A DNA stretch of 63,857 nt, taken from positions 5,917,520 to 5,981,376 of the forward strand of contig NC_068992.1 of the NCBI RefSeq assembly GCF_001194135.2, read 5' to 3'. Shown one piece after another: positions 1-13,567 of the stretch. A program made the translations under genes and the position numbers. The stretch comes from Octopus bimaculoides. Its lineage: Eukaryota. How positions within the stretch are numbered: position 1 is the stretch's first letter; each line of letters begins with the position of its first letter. Below the pieces are notes generated by a model. That model worked only from the letters and a program-made list of their open reading frames with translations, ran no database searches and was not told the DNA's origin.

Positions 1-29
1 ATATATATATATATATATATATATATACA

Positions 30-480
30 ACGACCTAACTGCTTTTAAATCAATGTCCCAATTAGAGTTATCCTTGTGGATTTCATCAGGCTGTTAACAT
101 ACTAGGAAATTTCTGGAGTTGACTTAACTTTGGACAGAATCGTTTGCGTTATTCGTTCTGAATCCAAGCCCTTCTTAAGCAGTTCTCCCTTCATGTTTTC
201 TGGTACCAATAATGAACTCCTCTAGAGGTTGACATTTATTACTATAGAAAGAACCTTCTTTTCATGTGTTGCTTGGATTGCCCTCACAGCTCATTTTTTA
301 TTTCTTATAGGCATTTATGGGGAGAACAAATCTGTAGATGGATGGGACGATATAGCGAGTAATGCTGTATCTTGGTAACATAACCACAATCAAGGCAAAA
401 GCAAAAAATAACAACAGAAAAAGATCTAGTACAGAACGAAATCGTGTCATATATTTCTCAGTAGCAAATCTATGTGCTAT
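30..480 (-). mobile_element. Decayed CR1/L2-like LINE fragment (RT thumb/C-terminal region)
   Basis: Manual minus-strand translation across frameshifts gives HYSLYRPIHLQICSPHK and RAIQATHEKKVLSIVINVN. These resemble the CR1 pattern LV.P.L.YCS.LWSP....I..LE.IQR..TKKI. Multiple stops. Confidence 0.35.
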
Positions 481-1879
481 TGTACCTGCGTCTAAAGAAA
501 CGTCGTGGTGGACGAAGTATTTCAAGGAAGTTTCAGAGCTATTTCTAGTGTGTCGACTACGTAAAGACTCTTCACATTGAGTTGCAGGGTGATGTTAATT
601 TACATTGATGCTGTATTCTTATTCTGCTAAATGTTGTGTAGAGGTGATTAACTCACGTAAAACAATTTCCCCGTGTGCAAATTATAACATACATAACAAT
701 TGACATTGTGATCTAATAGTGGAAATTAGATAGTTGTAAGCGTTTAGTTATGTTTTGATTGAACATTTAATGGCATAATAACAGCAATAGTGCATGGTTT
801 CCCTTTTTGCATGGATCTTTCATTCGATGCATGCTTTGGAAAACATTATTTTGCGAAAGAAAAAAGCCATTTAATACCGTTTTGGCATTAATCTGTTTAA
901 AAGACTAATCATTTGAGAAAAATGTGTGACAGTGCATACATATTCACATAGTTGCGAGCGCATAGAAGCACAGATCGTCATTTACACACCTCATGTCAAA
1001 TATAGTTTTATAGCTTAATAACTATATATTTATATTCCTTTTATAAACATACAGATATGTCAACACATATGTGTTTTGCATTGTGCGTAGATGAAAAATT
1101 GAGCAAACACACAAACACTCACACAAATTGTTAACAAATGATTACATCTTAATTGAAAATCCTCAAAAAGCTGTTTAAGTTTACACGTTGAAGTTACTTA
1201 ATAGTTTGCGCACAGCTTATACCAATAAAATAATGTTTGTTTTTTTTTATTTCTATGCATATTTAATTTTTTTAATCATAATTTCATTATTATTTTCTAT
1301 ATATTTCTTGAATAAGGATGTGTCTTATATGTTCTTTTCAGATATTCCTTTCCCTAGTTTTACTTTCAAATTAAAATTTACCTCGTGATGTTTTTGTTGT
1401 TGTCTATCTGTTTTCTTTTTTTCTTATTTTTAATAGAAAACCCTTATACCAGAATATTGCTATTTTTATTTTTGCTGATATCTTATGTTCACACCTCTTC
1501 TTGATTCAATGAAGCATTGGCTTCCTTTACAGTTTTTCAAGATCCTATTCAATATATACTACAGCAAATATTTCCTCAATGACACATTTTCTTTTTTCTT
1601 GCAACATCTTTCATGGCAAGTTACATTTACATTAATATCTTTAGAATGATTAAATTGAACCAAGTTCCAATTAGCATAAATAAACTACTTCTAAACCATT
1701 TTCTAAAGATTTGATCTTTAAACTTCATTTGGAGTATAATAAGTATATTTGGAGGTGAATTTACATTTTATTAATTCTGGTCGTGTACTACGGAAAGCAA
1801 GAACTTCTCTGAGATTATCTACCTCCCGAGAAAGATTAATCTGTGCGCTGTTTATTTAAGTGTAAAGAAATTCAACCTA

Positions 1880-3115
1880 GAGTTAATGTAAACAGATATT
1901 TACTAACGCGAGTGCATTTTAACATCCAAGAATAATTCATACCACATTCACAGGGGTCGGAAAGGAACATCAATAATATTTCCAGAATCTACGATGGATA
2001 CTTGCCACACTGGGGAGATCGGAAGCAAAACATCATCATGATAAAATTCTTTTTGAAGATTAAATAGCGTGTATGGGTGTTTGCAAAAGTGTGGAGGATT
2101 ACTATAGGCTACATTTTGTTGCTAAATGTGAAGAAGTATTTGATTTACCACCTTAGGAATGTTCAGCCACACGTGTTGAATTACGAACAGATTCCATGCT
2201 CCTAATGTTGCTGTTGCGGCTTACAAGAACTTAAGGATACGTGAAAGGAATACTGCATATCTGACCCAACTAAAATCTACATGCATGCAAATCATAATTC
2301 TCAAACCAACAATCATACACTTCCAATGTTTGTTTCGTATCCTTCTATACTTTGGATATACAGACTTCACGAAGCGGGAATAGACACGTACTTGAAATTG
2401 CTCCACTAAAAACAACAACACTTCGATTAATTACAAAATTTCAACGATCTCCACGACTCCTACTACTCCCGTTCTCATCCAATACGCTATTTTTTATAAA
2501 AGTTCGGCTAGTCAATTCTTCCAGTCCCACAGGGATGTCAATGTCTCTCGCCACAACAATTTGTTTTCTTTCTAGATTAAATCTTCACTTTGCCAACATA
2601 AAAATCGCAATACGGTTTTCAGAGAAAATCTTACTTCTGTTTCTTCTACTCTGATTAAGATAACTCTCTAATATTCTGAAACTATCAAAGATTTCTTTTG
2701 TCTTTTTCTGCTCTTCGATAATTTCCAATTACTTTGGATATTTTCAAACATCTGCATATTAACTGAAGTGACATTTTCTTTCACCAGTATCATCTATCTG
2801 GATGTTTTCGGATGCACGAATATTCTTTCCCGCCAATTACAGCAAATAAAAACACAGCTGCCAGGCAGACTTTGGGTAAATTTATAATAACATCTGAAAG
2901 TTGAGAATTCAGGGAGTACAGACGCAGTTACACATACTTGGACAATGGTTGAGATAGGTAGAGGTGTATAACACAAAAGTGATTTCCAATGAACCAGGAA
3001 CGGGAGATCGAGGGTGGCTGAGCTAAATGTATCCTTCAAAGACTATGATCTAACCTAGATAAGAGACAACTACAACGCCGTAGATATTGCAGGGCTTTTG
3101 ACGACGTCGATGAAT
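1880..3115 (+). mobile_element. Decayed CR1-like LINE fragment (APE endonuclease end, linker, start of RT)
   Basis: Plus-strand remnants: SRLNLHFANIKI (cf. LNFHKANW), GCTNILSRQLQQI..LPG (cf. C...LS.PL..L...G.LP), and GRSRVAEL...NLDKRQ..VDIA/RAFDDVD (cf. GRS..TQL...LD.....LDF.KAFD.V). Many stops and frameshifts. Confidence 0.5.
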
Positions 3116-4100
3116 GGACAGATTTAGTGATGAGCTTCGACTAATTGTACTCGACCCAAGTAAAATCTGACATATCTCACGATAGTAAACAAAGCAGCTT
3201 ACATTCTTATTTCATCCCTTCATATATAAAGTAGTACCATCGTACCATCGTTGGAAACACTCATGTTGTATAACTAGATAACCTACCTTCCATATTATCT
3301 AAACAGTAGTGATACCAACAACAATGAAACATTTTGTCGTTTAAATGAAGGATTTACAATGGTCAAACCTTTTTAATCAACATTTATCGACATAAGAATA
3401 CGAATTTAATTCATTTTAGCTGGAGTCAAATACCTTATACTTGCTTTAAAAATCGATATTTTTATAACGAGTTCCAACTGAAGGCTCTCATATTTTAATA
3501 TGAGTCATTCAATGTAAAATTCTTCAGAGCAGAACTCATCAATCATTGTTCTTATGAGCATGGCTAATTAATGATATTAATTCCTCTATTTATCACTACA
3601 GTTTGTCTACGAGTCTCTCCTCAGTTGAATGCTTGTAGCAGACATTTTAATATAAGAGAAACTCAAGTGAATAAACACTAATATACTCACATATCATGGG
3701 ACTGCGTCACATGACTTCATACACAATCACAGAATCATACATACATACATACATACATACATACATTAACAGTTATACAACGATCACCTCACACATATAT
3801 ACATGCCTATTCACGACTTAACCATAAAAACAAACCCGCAATCATTATGACAAAACTAGAAACAGCATAACACAAAAAGCCTATATAATTACATTGATAC
3901 ACTATATAACATTCAGTGTATACATAAGCATAGAGCTACACCATACATATACACATCTGCTAGCATAATTACACAGATATACCACATACACACATGGCTG
4001 CACAAATATTAAATGTGTGATTACAAAAATTGGCAGAATTCATGTATGTGCATTGTGACATTTATTTGGATGCCACATTATAATCACACACATGCTACAC

Positions 4101-4187
<87 letters not shown>
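4101..4187. repeat. (AAT)n microsatellite
   Basis: Perfect aat array, about 29 units, read directly. Confidence 0.98.
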
Positions 4188-4189
<2 letters not shown>

Positions 4190-4269
4190 ATGCTTAAAAT
4201 CTACTGCTCGTTTTCAGGGAAGTGCTACAACCAATTGATTTCACATTACTGAGAGAGAACTTTTTTCAA

Positions 4270-4350
4270 CTATGATTTGAGAGCCAGTATCTGGTTGCTT
4301 GGCTGCTAGGAACTTGATCCTAATCTCCTTCAAATCACACTCTACAATCT
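4270..4350 (+). repeat. Interspersed repeat fragment (ctag.aa.tagcagccaaat.tc..tcaaatcacac family)
   Basis: gctaggaacttgatcctaatctccttcaaatcacac here resembles ctagaattagcagccaaatttcatttaaaccacac near 59119-59153 and a weak minus-strand match near 515-550. Confidence 0.4.
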
Positions 4351-4689
4351 TAGAACGTATCATAACTTGAAGAAAGGATATGATGTCGGATGGGCACGAC
4401 CGGACTTCCTTTCTTCATCACTGTCTTTCATCAATGTTACTGAAGGATTAGTCGCTTGAAGTGCTAAAAGCTGACAACAGAATCTCTCTTGAAACAGTTT
4501 ACTGCCCTTAAAGTAGGCTTGGAGCATCTAAGATGATATTACCTATCTCTGAATTTGAATAACTACCATTGCATATGTGCTGGAATACTGATGCAATGGA
4601 GCCATACAAGAAGAAATAAATTTACTCGTATCACTTCCCACAGCAATATCACAAATAGCATTAACATGAACAAAATCACTTTCTAAACC

Positions 4690-4987
4690 TCTATATCACT
4701 GAAGCCACCACCATCACTACCATCACTACGACTACCCACCACGGACAGGCTGACCGTTAAATCCACTAAGACAAAACGCATGCGACATTATCAACACAAA
4801 TATAATTGGCAACAACACCATCAGCGCAGAGAACGGGAATATCACTCAGATCAAGAAAACTGACCCCATTAATACTACCACCATATCTATGAACAGTACC
4901 GACAACGCCCGTATCGACAACGTGATCGACATAACAAAATATCGCCATCCACTCCATAATGATGAATAACAATTGAATCATCAATCC

Positions 4988-5049
<62 letters not shown>

Positions 5050-5540
5050 CCATCATCATCATCATCGAAACGACCATTTAAATTGTAACAGCAGCACAAT
5101 CAGCAGTTCTCAGCAGAACCCTGAAAGTCTTCCTCACTTTCACCAATTCCAACATGAACATACTAAATGGGAAAAAAGCAACATCGTCGCAAATAAAACC
5201 AATGCCATCTCTCTGGCGAAAGGAGTTATCAGTGATGCCAGGAACACTGGCGCCACCATTTCCACCAGTGTGTCTATTAACAATACAAACACCTACTTCA
5301 TCAGCAACGCCATCAGCATCGTAGACCAAGCTGTCACCATCTACTACATAAAAAATTTTCATCACCACCACCACCACCACTACCATAACCATCATCATCA
5401 TCTTCATTAAACTACGATTCAGAATTGTACAACTAACACAAACAGCATCGAAACGATAACAATATCAGGAGCAAACATTATCATCACTACAAATAAAACT
5501 ATTATCACTATCATCAACAACAACAGCATTAAGCTTCATT
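4690..5540. repeat. Degenerate triplet field (CAT/CAC/CAA/CAG) with a pure (CAT)n core at 4989-5066
   Basis: Read directly. The poly-His, poly-Met and poly-Asp ORFs in the track come from this repeat. Confidence 0.9.
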
Positions 5541-5962
5541 ATCGCAAATATGAACACTGTCATCTCGAGAGTCAGCAACACAATTATTCTCAACACACGC
5601 AGTAACGTTACGACCGAGAACCGCCACGAAGACATAACCACCAACTTTACATCTATATTAATTTTCGTATTTTCAAACGGCAGTACCTTTATGATAAACC
5701 ATTTTATCTTTATATTCTCTCATTTTCACGAGGTCTTTTAGTGTATTCTTTTAGTCATGAGTTGCCAAAATATTTCAAAAGAAAGAAGCGAATTTTAGTT
5801 TTAAGAAAGTGTTAACTCGAAGCATAATATGATAGAGGAAGAAAAAGCGAGACAAACATAGAATCACAGAGAAGAATGTAATCTCTGCAGAACTGCAGAA
5901 CAGATTGCAATCATTGGAGACTTTCGTTTCTTAAGATATTACATAAGTTTACACGCACGCAA

Positions 5963-6009
<47 letters not shown>

Positions 6010-6439
6010 TATCTGTATATGTGTGTATATGTGTGTATATGCATATGTATGTATATAGATGTGTATATATTTATATATGTATATATGTGTGTGTGTGTAT
6101 ATATGAACGTATGTACATGTATAGGCATATATAGACAGGAATTTATATGTGTGGGTGTGCGCAGGTGTGCGTGGGTGTATATAAAGGGTAAACGGCAACA
6201 TTCCCCTTAACCTTCGGTCACATAAATGAATGAAATACCAGGTGAGTAGATTTCGTAGCTGGTTCCAAGTTATATATAATGATTGCGGCACCGTAACATA
6301 TTTCAATAAGAATGTTATTAATATATTTTGGAAAGATATGTTCATCTACCAGACATTACCATACAATACAATATCAGTGCACAAATGCCGAGAATAATCG
6401 TTCATATATGGGGGGGGGAGGATCTTAATTTCATACTAT

Positions 6440-6615
6440 CAATGTTTCGTTATAAATTCCAGCGTCGCACAAAATGCGTAACGGTATTTCATATATCTTT
6501 ATCGTCTGTGTTCAAATTCTGCCAGGCTCTACTTCGCCTTCATTCTTTCGGGGGGAAATAAGTACAATTGAACACTGGAGTCGATGTAAGTTACTTGACC
6601 CCCACCACCCCTACC
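6440..6615 (+). mobile_element. SINE family C, degenerate copy
   Basis: aaatgcgtaacggtatttc...gttcaaattctgcc...ttcattctttcgggg..aaataagtac...actggagtcgatgtaa matches the reverse complement of the intact copy at 28566-28798. Confidence 0.75.
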
Positions 6616-7249
6616 ACCACCACCAATTGCTGGTCTGCTATACGAAAATAAAAAAAAACACCATTCCAAATACGTGTGATCATATCGTTTAATAAAGCCT
6701 AAAGTTTGATGTCTGATTATAAGAAATCATTAATAATATGTCGATAAAAGCTTCTCTTTTATGGAACAGCATAAAATAGATGACTATTGCTATTAACGTA
6801 ATAAATTTCGTTCCTAATAACTAGGTGGAATTAACGCATACGTGCTCACGACTACAAAGCTGCAAGCCTAAAATATTTTAAACATTAACTTGCATATAAC
6901 TTTCTTTTCTAAACATATAATTAAATCAGTGAAGGTGGTTAGCGTAGGCGAGGGTTAAATCTCTGTTGTGTAGGTGTATGCATATAATTATGAGAATTAT
7001 AGTATCATGTGTTAACCGCATACTTTGTAGTATGTATGAGGAATAATATTTAAGACAATGTAAGATCTGTAAATGAACGTGTGGCTTTGGAAGCCGAAAG
7101 ATTTTAAGAAGAGTATGTGTTTCAAAATATGTATTACACAAAGATTCGTAAAACTAATGTGGACATAAAGCATATTATGAGAATATTTAGATATGTGTAT
7201 GTATATATATATGAGTATACTACGCATTGACATATAGTAATAAATCGTT

Positions 7250-7624
7250 ATGTACATGTATGGGTATATATATGTATGTGTGTGTGTGTGTGTGTGTGTA
7301 CGCGCGTGTGTGTGTGTGTGCGTGTGTGTGTATGTGTGTGTTTGTGTATGTTTGTGTTTCTGCGTGCCTGTGTGTGTCTGCGTGTCTTTGTGTCTAAATG
7401 TGTATATGAGTGTATGTGTCTATTATATGAACATATGTTGTATATAGTTACAACATATAGTTACATCTATGTGTATATACTCATACACGCATATGAATGT
7501 AAACCCACACATACACACTTACAAACACATACATACGCACAAACGCAATCTCACACACACATGCACACACACACACACGCACAAGCACACGCACACGCAC
7601 ACACATACACATACACACATACAC

Positions 7625-7682
<58 letters not shown>

Positions 7683-7880
7683 TTATATATATATATATAN
7701 NNNNNNNNNNNNNNNNNNNNNNNNNNNNNNNNNNNNNNNNNNNNNNNNNNNNNNNNNNNNNNNNNNNNNNNNNNNNNNNNNNNNNNNNNNNNNNNNNNNN
7801 NNNNNNNNNNNNNNNNNNNNNNNNNNNNNNNNNNNNNNNNNNNNNNNNNNNNNNNNNNNNATATATATATATATATATAC
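7250..7880. repeat. Compound (TG)n/(CA)n/(TA)n microsatellite block containing an N-gap (7700-7860)
   Basis: Read directly. Confidence 0.95.
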
Positions 7881-7933
7881 ATAACAACGTAAACTTGGAA
7901 GGTACCGCACGTGTGAAAATATATAGGAAAGAG

Positions 7934-8748
7934 CATTTGAAAATGCAAAAGTGATTTAAAGATGTTTATTGACCTGACCGGTTTCATTATTTTTAAATAA
8001 GATTTTCAAAAGTAAAATGCAAGGCTTTGTGTAGCCTTTGTGGTGTTAAAAATTAGTTAACAGCTGTATTAAAATACAGTGATAGACTCTTTGACAATGG
8101 TAAGAGAATATTAAGAAATACAATCTTTGACAATGATCAGAACATGTTAAGACAGGCTTTGTATTTAAACAGTTTACTTAAAAGTGTTCAAATGAGAGTA
8201 AAATATGTTCATAATTGTTTAAAGTTCATCAGGAATCATAATCGTTCATAAATATATACACAGATAGAATTTACAGACATTATTCTTTAGGAGAAAGCGT
8301 GTATTTCTTTGTCAAAAATTCATAAGAAATCATAATTGATTATAAAGTTTTGAGGGTAATGACGAACCATTTTTTCTTCATCTCCATCTTTTGTATATGT
8401 GTTTCTGATGAACGCTTTCTTCCATCAAATACTGTCTACAAATTCTTTCTGTGTATATATTTATAAACGATTATGATTGCTGGTAAATTTAGAAACAATT
8501 ATGAACTTATTTGACAGACTATTTTTAACACAGTTATGTATACTGTTTAAACACAAAGCCTCTCTAAATATTTTTTTTAGCATTGTCAAAGACTCTATTA
8601 CTATATCTTCATACATCTCTGTTAACTAATTTTAACACAACACAGGCTACACAAAGCGTTGCACTTTACTAATGAAAATGTCTTTTTATAAAAGGTGAAA
8701 CCGGTCAAGTCAATAAACATATTTAAAAGACCTCTGCATTTTTAAATG
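7934..8748. mobile_element. Fold-back/MITE-like element with ~340-365 bp inverted arms and ~110 bp spacer
   Basis: Left arm 7934-8300 aligns to the reverse complement of 8412-8748. Shared blocks: atgtttattgacYtgaccggtttca, gctttgtgtagcct, aaattagttaacag, tctttgacaatg, gttcataattgttt, aatcataatcgttYataaatatatacacaga, agaaagcgt. No ORF and no clear TSD. Confidence 0.85.
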
Positions 8749-8845
8749 TGTGGGTGCGTGTGTTTGTATATGTATGCAACTCTGTCTCCTTGTGTGTGTA
8801 TGTCTGATTGTGTATGTGTGTTTTGCAACTATGTACAGTGAGTGT

Positions 8846-8847
<2 letters not shown>

Positions 8848-8905
<58 letters not shown>

Positions 8906-8911
8906 ATAGTT

Positions 8912-8972
<61 letters not shown>

Positions 8973-9060
8973 AAGGTTTTGTGTAGACGAGGAGAAGAGG
9001 AATAATGATAAGACGAAGTAGGTGGAGGAGGAGAAGAAGAAGGAGGAGGAAGAGGAAGAA
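8848..9060. repeat. (AGT)n array followed by a (GAG/GAA) degenerate tail
   Basis: Read directly. Source of the poly-T, poly-Y and poly-V ORFs. Confidence 0.95.
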
Positions 9061-10000
9061 TGAACAGAAATAGCTGCATCGGATGTAGCCCTGGTAACGA
9101 GAATAGAATTTTTTTTTTAATTGCAGCAAGATTTTCATGTGATTATCATTATTTAACGAATAGTTGTTTGAGAAGTGTTTTCTCGAAAATGTGTTTTATT
9201 TTGATGCATATTTCTTTTATCGTAAGAGATAATACGCCTCAAATAAGATGCAAATAAATTGTACTTTCAACAAAACAACAAATATTACTATAAAATTTAC
9301 TCCAATACGTCAAGTAATAACTAAGAATTTAATTTCTCAGATTTTCATTCTTGTAAATATTGAATTAATTATGTTATGATTTGGTGATAATGGATTTGGT
9401 TAATTTATTTATTGTTTTCAATTAGTACGTTATACTTCTTAAGGTTTTATTTCAATTAACATTTTAGAATTTATGTTATTTTATAACAATAGATTCAACA
9501 TTTGTCAAAATTCTCAAGATTGGCAACATTTTGATGTCTTAAAATTAGATTTCATTCCTTCGTGACAGTTGAGGAAGATTTTATTAGCGAAACACTATTT
9601 CTTTCAGAAAGTTATGCCTTCTCCTTATTCATGACTTCCGCGATTATTTTCAGAGAACCATTCCTATTTGAGGTAACCTAATAAATCCCAATACAAGCAA
9701 ATTTACTTGCCTTTCATAAAATAGAAAACCTGATCTATTATCTTTTTGATACTTGATCTTTATAGCAGAAAGCAACAGAAAAATTCCCTTGACGATCCAT
9801 TGCGGTTGGAAAAAGCAAATGCACTTGGAACAGCAATGCTGTGTTACAAATAACTGCATAACTGTACGCAGGAACTGACGATCTATACTGGCTTCTCTTA
9901 GATTTCCTCTAAACCTATATATCTATTTATCTACCTGTTTAACTATCTATCTATTATTTATCTATCAATATATTTCTCTTAATATCTAGCTGTCCATCTT

Positions 10001-10001
<1 letters not shown>

Positions 10002-10051
<50 letters not shown>

Positions 10052-10297
10052 ATATATATATATATATATATATGCACAAATACATATACATACACACACA
10101 ACGACATATACTGAATTACTTTCGATTTGTGTCTTGTTGTAAACGTCTTGCGCTTTCAGTTAATTACATACTTACTATAAATTAAGTAATTATTTGAGTT
10201 ATGTTTCTTTCGTATCTCAATCAATTATACTATTGTTGAACTTAGTATTCAGATATCAAACACCTCTGAAATCTACTAATGTTACTACTCTCTGAGC

Positions 10298-10364
<67 letters not shown>

Positions 10365-10570
10365 AAGAGAAAGAGAGAGAGAGAGAGAGAAATAGAGAGA
10401 GAAAGAGAGAGAGAAAGAGAAAGAGAGAGAGAGAGAGAGAGAGATGCATGCATACATACACACGTACATACATACATACGCACATACATACACACACATA
10501 CACCCACACACATGCATACATACACACATGCATACATACATGTATACATACATACATACGTATATGTACA
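10002..10570. repeat. (CT)n(AT)n array and (AT)n(AG)n/(CATA)n compound arrays
   Basis: Read directly: 10002-10072, 10298-10445 and 10446-10570, separated by ~220 bp of unique sequence. Confidence 0.9.
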
Positions 10571-12024
10571 TACTACCATTAAGGTTTACGTGCTTGTCTT
10601 TTTGAAAATCGTTTCTGAATTGTCCGACGTGTGTTCGATTTCCTTTTAATAAGCACATCTCACCGCAAGAATTTATAGAATACCAAGCCAACTGCCGATA
10701 GAGGCTGGTTCGAATATCTGCGTATCAGCTAAACCCCGAGAACTCCATCTCATCGTTTAAGCCCTCGCTTCTTTTGCGAATTGTATACAAAATTTCCACT
10801 TACATTATTACCATGTAAAATCTGTAATATTCATGTAAAGTCAATCTGTAACAGTAATGATCTGTAATTAAAGGTTTCATACCTGGTAGTTATTCATCTT
10901 ATTGTTGCTACTCTAATATACATTGATCAAGGATGCCTTATTAAACAAGTGCTTCGATCAATCTTGTTTTTTATCGAAAATACTGACTCCAGGATCACGT
11001 TATCAAATATTGCCTGCTACAAAGGATGTAATTTGATCCGGCATTGGCATGCTGAATCTCGTAGTTTGTAGAAGTATACCCATTTTCTTACACACACAAT
11101 AACATTTGAAGTGTCCTTATATTTAGACACCGGCTTTTGTAGATAATGATATGATGAACGGTAAATTATTTGAATTTGTATTAATCGAAGTGTTTTGTTG
11201 ACCAGAATAGATTGAGGTATGGAATTAATAGTTTACTACTTCACAATATAAATAATATATTAGTCTTACAAAATAAATTATAGGATTTATGTTTAAAACA
11301 TTATACAATCTATAATATGAATAATATGTATTATAGCTATGTTTGTATTTCATTTCGAAAATCAAGGTTGGCAGTAATTTACAGCACCAATTTTTATTAG
11401 TAACAAGTGGGGCATCCAGAGCTGAAACGCTTGAAGAGATTAGCACTGGGCATTGTAAAATATTTAAGAGATTTGCAAATACAAAGTGATTTAAAAAAAA
11501 AATAATAAACTGAAAATGAAATATAATGAAAGCAAATATGTAAAGACATAATGAAATTGCTACAACTGTGAAAACAAATCAGCATTTGGAACAGGCAAAG
11601 AGGCAAACGACCAACGTTTTATGTTAAAATTGTAAAACCCCCGACAAGATATTAATTGTGGTAGTCGTAAAACAGAAGTAAACTTTAGTAGTACTACATT
11701 CCCATATCCTGACTGATAGGAATGGTATGAAAGCTATGTAAGATGAAGAGACGATGGGTGTCTTTTCACACATGCATGTGTAAATGTGATACTGAATAAC
11801 ATATTATTCACCTACACTTCAAATACATCATGCATGGGGTGAATAATTAAGCAGGAAAAGTTGGTAAAACTGAGATTAGTGAAATCTGTCAAGTAAATTT
11901 CCTAAAATTAGCACGAAAGCCTGATTGTAGATCCATTTAGTATTTTATGGTGATTGCAAACGAACACACTTGAAAGCAGCAAATGCAAACAGACACACAG
12001 ACACAAACAAACACATACACACAC

Positions 12025-12063
<39 letters not shown>

Positions 12064-12222
12064 AACACACACACACGCGTACACGCGCACACGCACGTGC
12101 GCATATATATTGCGCGATGACACACTAACTCACGTGGGCATAAATATATGAGTATGCCTTGAAATACGTCTAAATATTTAGAGACTCACGTTTATATAAT
12201 TAGAGACTGTATATTGTTGCAC

Positions 12223-12263
<41 letters not shown>

Positions 12264-12384
12264 CTTCCGCACGATGACTTTACCCACACGGCATTAGCTT
12301 TGGCGGGAAAACTTTAAGTCTGATATATTTTCAATGCTCCTCGTACTTATTCGGTCATATATTTATATATATTCAGATTTGGCT

Positions 12385-13120
12385 AGGACTGGACATCCAA
12401 AATGATGTAAACTGTCTCGTTTTAATGTTTGCACAGTCTGCATTTGTCGACGCGCCTGTTTTCATTATTTCCCTTTATAGTTGTTTGTGGTCAGGCATTA
12501 GTCTTTTGTGGTGAGAATCAGTCCTTCCGTTTCTGCTTCATTCCAGAGCTTTTGCACTGTTGCCAGGTTTTACTTAGACTTAATTTCTAAGTATTCTTAT
12601 AGTTCAGCTGCTGTTATTTTATAGTAGTTTTCTACCGTATTAGGCCGTGACGTGCTTCTGAGGTAGGTGGATATATTCTGCCTGTGTCTGCTTTGGACTG
12701 GTGACTTCCGTATGCTGTTAATATTGTCTCTTTTTTTCGAAGTTTCACTACTCTCTAATTGTCGAGTTTATGTTATTTCTGTAATTTATGTCTAATATGG
12801 GCAATGTGTTTATTCCTATTGTAACTCTCCTATTTTCTCTTTTAAACCCTCTATGTGGTATTTTAATTATTTCGTCTATTACTGGATATTTGGAAGGGTC
12901 ATTGTGCTCTTATTCTATGATTTTTGCGTCTATGACGAGTGCAGTGCATTCAGTGCAAATCGATTTGCCGCTTCTGAATGTCATTTTGACACTTTTCTCA
13001 AATCTCACCTTCATCTCCTTGCTGATACTGTGGGACAAGTTTTAGAAGTTTTTATCTGTTCAGTGATATTTTTAGGGGATTCTTTTTAAAGCAACCATAT
13101 TTAGGTTATTTGTAGTTTGT
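12385..13120 (-). mobile_element. RLE-clade (R4/Dong-like) non-LTR retrotransposon fragment: distal RT to CCHC knuckle
   Basis: Minus-strand remnants: ISKEMKVRFEKSVKMTFRSGK (cf. FS.DI.M.FG..KC...F.RGK), ILTAYGSHQSKADTGRIY (cf. LT..G.HHPKAD.DRLY), and DKCRLCK..NETV.II (CCHC start). Heavily mutated. Confidence 0.8.
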
Positions 13121-13525
13121 CCTTAAGAAATGCAATCCATACTGGTTTCACTTAACAACTTAGATAGAGGGATCAGACCAAGGCAGAAAGGCAGACAATT
13201 AGGAGGAGTTGCGTGAATGTCTGTGTGTGTTTGTGAATGTGTGTGTTTGTGTGTGTGTCTGGTTTGCCTGTATATTTCTATTCAGTCCCTACTAAATTGA
13301 TGACAGATCCTCATTTACGTGTACATGTTTCCAGGAAAGCACCAGCTGCATCTTAATTGTTATGAGGTGGAATATAAGTGATAGGGCCATTATTATTGGA
13401 AGAAAGTATTGCATAGAATGCCGGACTCGGTTGAGGGGAATGTAGCCATTGTGTCTGTGGGAAGAGAGACGAGTTAGTCTGACATACCTGATACACACAC
13501 ACACACGCACACACACACACCCACA

Positions 13526-13567
<42 letters not shown>

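Noticed and set aside
298-525. Hydrophobic 75-aa ORF that looked like a GPCR TM5-TM6 segment
   Set aside because: No GPCR signature motifs. It is better explained as part of a decayed CR1-like RT C-terminus.
1300-3050. Apparent Toll-like/LRR pseudogene on the minus strand (CPSMCNC, DPCECG, CHER words)
   Set aside because: The motifs are scattered across frames with many stops. The plus strand gives a better ordered CR1-like endonuclease/RT pattern over the same bases.
11370-11500. Short frames resembling a serpin (GASRAETLEEI) or a helical protein
   Set aside because: Too short, ends in stops or a poly-A run, and has no splice support.
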